Positions 53,439 to 64,000 of a stretch of DNA of 64,000 bases are shown in pieces. The notes under the pieces are model-generated. The model was not told where the DNA came from, made no database searches, and saw only the letters and a list, made by a program, of their open reading frames with translations. Numbering within the stretch: position 1 is the stretch's first letter; every line of letters begins with the position of its first letter. Source of the DNA: Paramecium tetraurelia (taxonomy: Eukaryota); NCBI GenBank assembly GCA_000165425.1, contig CT868666.1, positions 186,001-250,000 of the forward strand, in the 5' to 3' direction. Made by a program: the position numbers and the translations under genes.

Positions 53439-54649
53439 TCAATCTGCATCAGTAGTCAACAACTCACCATCATTTGTATTTGCTTGTCGAAATATCTCGA
53501 GTGCCTACCTACTGTCAATTCTCAAAACTGGATCCTCTTGCAAAATCCCATATAACAATTTTCTAATTGTTTGATTCTTAATATTTTAGAGCATCTCTTT
53601 GTTGAATTAGAATTTCTTACTCATACTCTACAGCTCCATTGAATCAGAATTTTACAGTAAATAAATTCCAGAAAATCTATTTATACAATTAATACTTACA
53701 ATTCATAAATAACAGCCCCTAAACTAAATATGTCTGACTTAAAATCGTATATGTAAGTCCTCTAAAATACCTCAGGAGCAATAAAACCGAGAGTACCACA
53801 TACCTGATATTTGTTACGAACTATCTCATCGATCCTAATTGTAAGTCCGAAATCTATCAATTTTAGTTTGTTGACATTGTTCTCTATGAAAAGAATATTT
53901 TCTGGTTTAAAATCTCTATATATGTATCCTTCTGAGTGAAAATAATTGGCCACTGATAATAATTACTAATTTGATGAAATTATACTTAAACGATAATCAA
54001 CTTCTCTTTCTCATCTAACGAATCCCTTTTTATCAGATTTTTCAATGTCTCTCCCTCAACATATTCCATGAAAATGTAAAAGCATTGTTCCTCTTTACAA
54101 AACTCTTTAAGTTACACCAGATTTGGATGCTTGAGATTCTACATACATTATACTTCATTCACAAAATCCTTATTCATAGCAGATTATTCATACCTTCTCA
54201 TTGTATTTGCTACTCTACTTCAGCGACTTGCAAGCGACCATTCTCCCATTGGATATATTTTAACATTTGAAAACCTAAGGAAGTAAGTAAATATTTTACT
54301 TTTCCAAAGGCTCCTTTACCAAGAAAGCCTACTATTTGATACAATTTAAAAATATCATGATATTGAACTTTCCCGTCAAGAAAATCCTTTAGTAGAGTTA
54401 GATTTTATTATTTCATATAGAAATATTCCCATTTATTATCAATCTGAATACCCAAAGCAAGAACATTACAATTCTTTTTATCCAACTTCCAATCCACAAC
54501 GGAATCCTATTCTAATCGCAGTATATGTGTAATCTTGCTTTTGATCTTAAATTTAAGTATGCCAATACATTTTGTAATACAATTTTATTTGAATGCAGTT
54601 CAACATTGTAAGTCTCCTTAAAAATTAAGGATTTCTTGTAGCAAATCAT
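53439..54649 (-). CDS. Ser/Thr protein kinase (CAMK-like) with N-terminal extension
   Basis: LGKGAFG, VACK, YRDFKPEN, IDFGL, CGTLGFIAPE, SDIFSLG. Confidence 0.9.
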
Positions 54650-54981
54650 CGAAAAATCAATATTAAAATTATATTATTAACATATTGTCTCCTTATGTAA
54701 TTTAATTTTAAATATACTATTATAAATTTATTGGGTTTACCCACAATTCTTGTCAATTATACAATACTGATATAAATGGAAAGTAAATTTTCATCATTCT
54801 CTTTTTAGTAGCCACTCTGTAGAATTAAAGATTCAATTCTAATTGCAATCATTAACTTTTTAATGATTGAGGAGTGAAGAATAAACAATAATAATGAAAA
54901 TCCTAATCTTTGTAAATTAAAAAGAGAAATAATTGCAAATTTTAATTTGATTTGTAATAATTTCAATAAATGTCTATATAA

Positions 54982-56385
54982 ATGTATAATTTTTAATATT
55001 TTAACTGGTATTATCAGAATTATATACAATAAAAAAATCAGGATTAAAAACTGTATTTGTCCTACCTCTAAATGGATAGGATTTTGAATCACAATCAAAC
55101 AATGACCAATGGAATGTATGCCAATTGTAAGGCCCTTAATTAAAATTGAAATATCATTAATTTGATGGCAGTGATTACAGTACCAAGCTAGGATATCACT
55201 TTCCTAACACTCTATGCTAGTATTGACTGATAATAGACAGATCAATTATTTTTAGGACCAAATCCTATTTTGGTAAGACATGATTCCTTCTAATGCCGAT
55301 AAAGAAAAGGCTACAATGAGATATTGCCAAATGACATACACTGTATGTTTAATTTCGAGCCAAGTATTTCGATTTAATCCTTATGATAAAAATGTAAAGA
55401 ATTCGAATTGTTCCTTGACTATTAGCCTTAAAAAAAGGAAATGTGTGATTAATTCATATTTGTACTTGATCAAGGTAGAATTACTATTTATATAAACAGG
55501 GATCAAGTTATTTCATTCAAATTCAGAACTTTTTAAATATTACACAATTTTCAATGCTAAATAATAATAGAAATGGTTTTATTATCTATATCTTGGATAA
55601 GCAAGCAGGATTACTAAAAATTGAGTGGAATAAGTTGAATCGCACAAAAAAATGGTTTGATACTATTTAAAATGGCGTAGCTTTGGGTATCCATGATGAG
55701 CACTTTATATATGTGGTATAAAAAAGACAATTTAAATATATTATTGCTCAATATTAAATCATCAACTCTTAGATCTAAATTATTGGAAATTTGAAAGCAA
55801 GAAAATCATTTAGAAAATAATAGTATCCTAAAATTATACTTTGTTTATTACAAATATAAAATAGATATTCTTTATGAGGATAAAATATTTAGGATCTTAA
55901 GATTTGGAATCAAAGAAGTATCTATTTTTGGTAATAGAATTACAGGAATAATTACATTCGATATATTTTAATATACATTTGAACTGATACCTGATTATGT
56001 GTAATATTTTTATCATTTAAATGAAAAGATTGCTTATAAATTGCAATACTCATTAATTTATAATGAAATCAATATAACCATTTAAAAGAAAATTGTCAAA
56101 TTTTCAGTTGAATTATATACCAATAAATATAGCCCTATGAGAGTAGTCATAGGTTTTTTTGTAAGTGGAATCTTAATAACTTTGAGCTTATTATATACAA
56201 TCATAACTCTAAAGTAAAAAAATCTTTTAATTTACATGATGGAGAATAATCTTAAGAGATGTAAAGGAAAATAGGGGTCACTTTTTAAAAGTTTGGAATG
56301 TGCAAGAAGTCCGAAAATATAACACTCAAAACTTTAAAGTTTAGACCAAACATCGAATTTTGATTTAAAGAGGTTGAGAAATTGA
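54982..56385 (+). CDS. Hypothetical type-I membrane protein; start region apparently frameshifted
   Basis: Long frame ending in TM VVIGFFVSGILITLSLLYTII and TGA 56383-56385; ATG 54982 is one base out of frame. Confidence 0.5.
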
Positions 56386-56583
56386 TAATACATATTTAAG
56401 ATAACAATCAATTTTATATCTTTATAATTACTCGAAAATTTAAATCATCTGTGTTATTTCAAAGCCAAAATAAATTAAATGGTTTCAACAGAGATTTGAA
56501 TTAGCGAATAATACAAAATTACATGAAATATATACATGCAATAGTATGAATATTTTTAATTAATTAAAATTTGATTAATTACG

Positions 56584-57654
56584 ATGTTTTAGTAATAACT
56601 TGTCAATCACCTACCTTATTTGATGGCTTTAGACAAATCAAAGGATCTTGAATCCATTGGTTATTATCTTTCTGAACATCTGAAAGTGGCAGGAGGATAT
56701 TGGACAATCAATGCAATAGCTTGTCTAAACAAATTAGATGATATCAGTGAGGAGAAGAAGCAGCAATTATCAAAATGGCTTAAGGAATGTTAGAATTAAG
56801 ATGGCGGTTTTGGTGGTAATACTAATCATGATTCTCATATAACAAATACACATTACGCCATTTTACTCAGTTTTTTATTGAATTGTGAATTGGACTATGA
56901 GGCAGCAGCCAAATACGTAGCAGCAAGATAGAGAAAGGATGGATCATTTGAAGGAGATCAAGTAATTAGATCTTAAACAATATGATAGTGGGGAGAAGTG
57001 GATGCAAGATTCTCATATTGTGGGTTGTCATCCTTAACATTGTTAAACAAAAGAGATTTGATAGATGTCAAGAAGGCAGCTAGTTACATTAAGAAATGTA
57101 GAAATTTTGATGGATCATTTGGAGGAATGTATTTAAAATATTTAATCTCAATTAGTCCAGATGCAGAATCTCATGGAGCCTATGTTTTTTGTTGTGTTGG
57201 AACCCTGTATTTATGTGAGGACTTGTCTTTCAATATTGATGAATTATCAATGTGGATTCACGAGAGACAAACAAGTAAAGGAGGGTATAATAAGTTCTTA
57301 TATTGTAGATTAAATGGAAGACCTGAGAAATTGGCTGATGTGTGTTATTCTTGGTGGATGTACAGTGCATTGTGTTTATTGAAAAGAGAACAATGGATAA
57401 ATTAATAGGCCTTAGAAAATTACATACTGGAGGTATTGTTCTGATGATTTAAAATCTAGTGTTAAGATAGTGATGGGGGCATTGCCGATCGACCAAATAA
57501 TTAAGCTGATGTTTTTCATACATTCTTTGGGTTGGCAGCATTGTCATTGCTCAATGGGGATAAATATCAATTGAATCCTATTGATCCTGCATTTGCACTT
57601 CCAAAATCAATACTCAAAAATATACCTGGAGCGAGTAGATTTATTTAATCTTGA
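56584..57654 (+). CDS. RABGGTB: Rab geranylgeranyltransferase type II beta subunit
   Basis: SEHLKVAGGYW, WGEVDARFSYC, CRNFDGSFG.PDAESH, LNGRPEKLADVCYSWW, GGIADRP, DVFHTFFG; four introns. Confidence 0.93.
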
Positions 57655-57681
57655 AAATTATATCAAATTTAATAATAATAA

Positions 57682-60052
57682 ATGTCGAGAGGAAATTAAA
57701 GAGTTTAATTGCCCCAAATTCAACAGAAATAACAAGTGGAAAATTACAATTTCATTACTTCGAAGAAGAAGACAGTTTAATTCTAATAGTCTATGCCACC
57801 AGAAGACAATCAAGAGGATTGGAAGAAGAAATGTGAGGAATTATAAAAGGATGTCGAAACCAGGAATCAAACGATTTTCAGTATTCAGAGGAATTTTGAA
57901 TCTCTATCTGCTTTGTTGAAGACTGAGAAGCAAGAGAATATGGGCATTCGAGATGAAGTTGTTAGATTGAGAGAGTTGAATTCATAATTGCAATAACAAG
58001 ATAAAGATAACCAATACAAAATCAGTGAGAACTAAAGGAAGTTGAAGGAATTACAACAATATCATGATTAATTGTAGGAGGAGAGGAAATCGAATTAAAG
58101 ATAGAATGCTGAAATCAATAATTTGAAAAATTAAATTACATAACTAGAAGCAATCATTAACAGAAAAGAAAATGAAATCAGATAAATGTCATCAACCATC
58201 ACTTCTCTCCAAATGGATCTATCTTTGCTGCCTTCCTTAACAAAAGATAATGAAAAGTTACAATAAACCATAGAAACACTCAAAGAACAAATTGTATATT
58301 TAGAGGTATTTAAAATCATAATTTTTATTTAGAAATCCAATTCCGATAAAGAATTGAATCTCCAAATTGCATTCAAGAATCACACACAACTTAATAGTCT
58401 TATTGAAAACTTGAAACTCGATAATATAGCTGCACAAGGAACCATCAAACATCTTAAGTCTGAAGAGAATGTATAAATATATGAATTATCAAGATATCCC
58501 TATCGAAAATTGCCAAACAATAATAAGACATTTAAGAATTATAATCTCAAATTAAATAATTGCAAGATTAGCTTAACAATCAAAACACTGTGTTACAAAC
58601 AAGAAATTAATAGGATGGACAACAAAATTAAGCCATTTTACAATTGCAAAAGTAATTACTAGAATAACAAAAACAATATTAAATTATACTTGATGAAAAT
58701 CAAAATCTTACTAATTTTGTGAATGAAAATATGCCAATAATTGAACAATACTAATTAGTTTTATCCACTTTTGGAAACACAGATTTTGTTTAGTTAATCA
58801 AGGATTATTAGAAATTGTAATAAGATTTTAAATAAAAAAATGAAAAACTTGAATAAACACTCTAAGAGAATTAAAAATTGAATGAGAAGTTGCAATAAAG
58901 TTAACAAGAAATCACCAGCGTTAGAAGTTAAATTTCATAGTTGTAACAACAAAACAAAGAATTAAATCAAAAAGCTTCGTATTTAGAAGATGAGTTAAAA
59001 ACGACTTAAACTATTAAATCTTCATCTCTTAATAATGAGTAGATCATTAAAACCTTACAATAACAATTGAAACAAAAAGGTGAAAGTGAACAAAATATAT
59101 TATCATAAATGAGGATAATGCAATAAGAATTATAAAAATATAGTGAATTCGATGGATTAATTATGACTTATAATCAATTTACAAAACCTGTAGAGTTTAT
59201 ATTATCCTCTGATCTAAGTTAACTTAAATAGAATATCGAATAAATTACCTAATCGAACTAATTATATGTTGAAGATATTGAGCAGAGAAATAAATAAATT
59301 GAGTCCTTAACCTCATAACTCTCAGATAAAGAATAAGCTCTGAATGATTAAACCTAATAATTAGCCAGTTCTAATGCATAAATGCTGTCTTTGAAAATGA
59401 AGCTAGACTAAGCATTAATAGATTTAGATCAACTCGGCAAAGAGAGTAAGGCGTAGAAAATTTCGATTGATTCATTAGGGAATGAGTTGACTGTGGCCAA
59501 CAAAGAGAATAGGAATCTTTCATAATAGGTCTATGAATAAATGGAAAATTTGCAATAATTAAATATGAAGAATACAAATCTACAAAAAGAGTTAAACTGT
59601 ATTTTATATAAAATTTAATATTTTTAGAGAACTAAGACATCACATATAAGTTAGGGTTGGATGTAAAGAATTTGACTTAGAAACTGAAGAAAGCAGAAGA
59701 AGAATTAGAAATGCTTGTAATACTTATATTTTATTATTAGAATCCTGATAAAATGAGGGGATTGTAATTGTAATTAGATTAGAAAGAGAAGGAATTCTAA
59801 AGTCAATTGCAAAATATTGCACTTGCTTTGGATGCTTAAATCACATCCATCTCCTGTAATAGTTGCATGGAAGTATTATAAAAGACTAATACCTGTTACC
59901 CTTGTGGTCATTCTTATTGTGAGAAATGCTTCCAAAATCAATGCTAAGAATGTCAGGATTAGGATGGTTGGTTCAAGAATAAGAGATTAGATGACTTAAT
60001 TAGTAAGATAAATTATTCTAAATAAATTCTGAATACTTATAAAAAGAAATGA
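57682..60052 (+). CDS. Long coiled-coil protein with C-terminal RING finger
   Basis: Q/E/K-rich heptads; CNSC..CYPCGHSYCEKC..CQEC near the C-terminus; TGA 60050-60052. Confidence 0.8.
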
Positions 60053-60625
60053 TAATTACTATAACTATAATCATTCCAAATATTAATTATATTAATATTT
60101 TATATATATTTATTTTTGCTTTTAGAAGTTGAACACTATATTAGTTAATTCATTAATTTGCGTGTAATTAACTGCTTTTACATCTTTTTTGAATATAAGT
60201 TTGTAAAGTTATCATCTTTTCGTTATTTGATTTTTATTGATCTAATGGTATAGTGACAATTATATTTTATTAAAGAACACTATATTAATATTCATAATCT
60301 AATAGAACATATTCCTTTTAAATGTTTTCTCCTTGTAATAAAATGAATTCATAATAAAATTTTTAAGACAAAATTCAACTTGTGAGCTTAAGCGACTCTT
60401 TTTCAATTTGAATAAAACACGTGACATTGGGCTATATCATCAGCTAATGATGTCCATGAACTTTAATTTTTATTAAGCTAACATTATTAGAAAGGATTGA
60501 TCCTTGAAAATTTCGTATCTGTTAATTGAAAGTATTTATAAATTCAACTTAACATACGAACCTTCCATTTAACTTATTTCCAATAAGGTTAAAAATAATA
60601 TAAATACATCACTATAAGATATTGG

Positions 60626-62232
60626 ATGAGCGAGACGAATCAAATCTAGAGACTATTGATCTCTTCTGAATTACCAGAAAATCCAATTGCCACCAAAATG
60701 ACGTTAAAAGAAGATAAGACTTGTGGAGGAAGATTTCGATGGAATTTGGTTATAAATGCCATAATGATAGCTATGGCAGCCTTTCCTTTCTATCTACCCT
60801 TAGAAGCCACTTTGGGAATCAATTGTTTCTATGCTTCTTTATGGTTATTATTTACATGTCTGGCTGTCAACACCTTATCAAAAATACACAATACAATAAA
60901 AAAAGTAACTAATTGCTAAGAATAACCTCCAAGTCCTTCCCCTATTAAATTTATTTTGATCACATTCCTTTACAAAGAACCTCTAGAATTACTTTGAAAA
61001 CTCTTCAAAATGTTTCTCAATAAAGAATTGCCAAGGAAATAATTCTGGTAGTATGTATGGAAGAAAAAACTCCAGATAAGGAATCAAAAATAAATGCTGT
61101 CTTTGAACAATTTACAAATTTTTTTGGTAAACTCATCATAACTGTGCATCCATATGGAACCCCAGGGGAAATCCCAGGTAAGTGTTCTAATAACAACTAT
61201 GGAATTAGATCGGTTTATGCTCATTTAAAGTAAAGCGAACCAAACTTTGATCCCAACAAATACTTTGTAACAAACTTTGATGTTGATAATATATTTCACA
61301 AAAATTTTCTCGATATCCAAATGATGAACATCCTCAAAGAGAAGGATAGGAACAATTATGTTTGGTAACCAGTTCTATTTTATAACTGGGGACTTGATAA
61401 ACTTAGTGTTTTTACAAGAATTACAGGATTAGCTAGAAATATGCTGATGATGGGAGCACTTATCCCCTTTAATATCAACATCATGAGTGTGTATACCGCT
61501 TCCTTATAATTATACATTGAAGGAGATTTTTGTCATCCGACTTATCAGATGGAAGATATAATCTGTTATATAAGATGGAAAACACTGAGCAAAAGATCTC
61601 TTAAGATTAAACCGATTTATTGCCCGACTATTTCAGGTCCTACATCAGGTTCAAATATGTGGTAAGAATTTGTTGAATGGGTCAGATAAAATAAGAGATG
61701 GAGTGTCGGATCTGCTGAAGTTTTCCATTACTTTGTTATAAAAGCTTCAAGAGTCTAGTTTTGTTCGGCTTTTCTGTGGGCTTGCAATTATCTGAATTAT
61801 TATGCATCTTTTATTTGTGTGTAAAGCCTGCTATTAATTACAACTACAATTAGACTTTTTGCAATGGAAAGTGATCCTATTCTTTAGCAATATTTCTGCA
61901 TACCCCTTATTATGGTTTATATTTGCCTTTTTTTTATGATATTCATGAATAAACTGGCAGTAAAATATCTTTTAAATGACATTGTAATTGAAAAAATCCC
62001 GATTTGGAAAGATTTCATTCATTGGATATTAAGTCTTTTAGTCATGGTTGGATATGGACTGACAATTTTTTATGGGTTTTGGGAAATTTTCTTTTGTGGT
62101 AAAGGTGTATGCACTCATGAACCATCAAAGAAAAAAGTTCTTGATAACATTGTCTAACGCAAAGATGATAACATTGTCTAAACAAAAGATGAAACAGTAA
62201 TTTATGTACTTTAATTATAAAGTGAACCATGA
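60626..62232 (+). CDS. Intronless membrane-embedded processive family-2 glycosyltransferase; one-base frameshift at ~60995
   Basis: Two N-terminal TMs, YKEP, HP..PGEIPGKCSN, NFDVD, MEDI, QNKRW (D,D,D,QxxRW), C-terminal TMs; TGA 62230-62232. Confidence 0.8.
62143..62190 (+). repeat. 24-nt tandem duplication in the GT2 C-terminal tail
   Basis: gataacattgtctaacgcaaagat / gataacattgtctaaacaaaagat (DNIVQRKD / DNIVQTKD). Confidence 0.85.
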
Positions 62233-62828
62233 ATATATTCAATTTAATAGTATAGATTACGTATTTAAAATTATTTAAACTTCTTCTTAATTAATCCTTG
62301 ATTCAAAAAATTAATTGTTTTATTACTTCCAAAGAAAGCTAAGTCAAAATAAGCATAAAGCTATAACCCTTGCAATCATCTCCCTCTGTATTTTTGAAGC
62401 TAAATATTTAAATTAAAATAATACTTCAACTATTACAATCTACTCTTTGAATTTCAATTTTCTTTCCAAATTTAAATATAGCTTACGTATTAAAAAATGT
62501 ATTCTCACTCATATTTATTATTTGATATATCCTCTTATTAAACTTGAGAGTCATAAACTAACTGTATCTATTTGTAATTTTAATTGTAGAGTTCCAAATA
62601 AATAAATCAATATGATATTTTTTTAAATAATAAGTATTATAAAAAAAGAAAGTTTGAATTTTATAAAAAAATTGCTCTAATTTTTAAAATATATGATGAG
62701 AATGTGCTAGTAGAATCATTGAGCAATTAAATAAAGATAAAACATTATTTATAATATCATCTAAAGATATTAATTTTGGATTTAAGGAAAAGATTATAAA
62801 AATCAAAAAGCTTGAAAAATATAATAAA

Positions 62829-64000
62829 ATGGGGATTCTCATCTTATCTTTATTGATTTAATAATTTTTATGATTTCTATGTTTTGATAATTTTGGACTT
62901 GAAAGATTTTAATTATTATTTACACTTCCATTTCTTATAAAAAAATTGTTGTATTAAACTTGATTTTTTTGTTAGATTTTGAGAATGTGACAAAAATTAA
63001 TTAGTATTCCTCCATTGTAGTTCTCAAAGACTATCTCCAAATCTCAGCATGACCTGTGCATTAATTAAGTTAGGAAGGATAAATAAGTAGGTATTTTTTG
63101 ACCAAATCCAAATCTATTAAGGTATGAAAACTTTTTGTTTTCTTATATCTGAAAGATCCATTTTTGATTCACTATATAAGACCTATTATATTTTATAATT
63201 TCTATGTTTTTCTAGAAAATTCATAATTTTAGATGATAATAGACTTGTTTATCCCCAAGGAAATTAAGTGTTTATTGCATAGATCTATTAAGAATGGATC
63301 GTTTAAAATCTTGGTTTTTGTTAGATTTTATTGGGAATTGTAAGACTTAACACTTCATCATCAATTTAACCCTGATTATAAAAAGATTTTGATAGAGATT
63401 GACATTCATTTAAACATAGCACTTGTGACAATCAAATTGATTTGATTTTATGCATAATAGAGTTCTAATACATCTTAAAGAATTAATTAAGAATCTACTT
63501 AATTGTTCATGAGAACAAACGATTTCAGTTCTTTAATTTTAATTTGAACCCTATATAAAATAGTTAAAAAATAAACTTATTGGTAAGACTATGATTACTA
63601 AAAATGTGGAATTCATATTTTAAGAATCCTTCTTATATTTTATCATGTGATAAAGAGTATTGGGATAGGTTCTAGAGTGTAAAGATTTGAGGCAAGTTTT
63701 TTAGCGACTGCTTTTGATCTTGATACGATAGTTTAAATTGAGAATAATATTTAATTTGTAAAATATTCAAATTTTGGGATGAATAAAATTTATAGTCAAT
63801 ATAATCTTGAGAGACTACGATTAAAATAATCTGACAAGGATTCATTGAAATTAGAAAGTAATTTAGACATAGTATTTTAAAGGAAGTGATGTGAAAAGGG
63901 GAACTGGAAAGAATGCAATTAGAAAGATCTTTGGAATAGATGAAGGTAGTAAACATGAATATGACATTTATGAGAAGTAATAACTAGATGCATTTAAGAA
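62829..64000 (+). pseudogene. Degenerate coding-like region, runs off the window
   Basis: Protein-like stretches in ciliate code broken by TGA codons and frame changes that I could not resolve with canonical introns. Confidence 0.3.

Noticed and set aside
4796..60052. Several ubiquitin-related genes (Not4-like, TRIM-like, nine-Ubl protein, coiled-coil RING) as one functional cluster
   Set aside because: They are scattered over 55 kb among unrelated genes, and such families are large in Paramecium
60992..60997. In-frame TGA as selenocysteine or stop read-through
   Set aside because: The downstream domain is in a different frame, so read-through would not restore the protein
1..64000. Apparent mass pseudogenisation from frequent in-frame TAA/TAG
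   Set aside because: These are Gln codons in the ciliate code

Overview
Very AT-rich, gene-dense eukaryotic DNA from a ciliate somatic (macronuclear) chromosome, almost certainly Paramecium. TAA/TAG encode Gln, TGA is the only stop, introns are 20-34 nt GT..AG, and intergenic gaps are often under 50 nt. The supplied standard-code ORF track therefore fragments real genes and reports many antisense shadows. Read by hand with the ciliate code, the window holds about 36 protein genes. These include a cNMP-binding protein, a RING-less Not4-like protein, SF-assemblin, a TRIM-like RING/B-box/LRR protein, two kinesins, a small Tim, probable ATP synthase subunit f, actin, two paralogous secreted two-repeat proteins, a protein of nine tandem ubiquitin-like domains, a Myb protein, CFAP70-like, a DEAD-box helicase with a long Asn-rich repeat tail, a PHO80-type cyclin, Ppan/Ssf1, FKBP-TPR, an S10 carboxypeptidase, an ABCD transporter, a NEK kinase, transketolase, a rhodanese-DUSP, a Ser/Thr kinase, Rab-GGTase beta, a coiled-coil RING protein and an intronless processive GT2 glycosyltransferase. 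The most notable items are the nine-Ubl protein, the GT2 synthase, the all-3n intron set of Rab-GGTase beta, the helicase repeat tail and single-base frameshifts in otherwise intact genes. No rRNA, tRNA, transposon, CRISPR array or telomere was recognised. Family calls come from motif recognition, not database searches, and CDS spans include introns.
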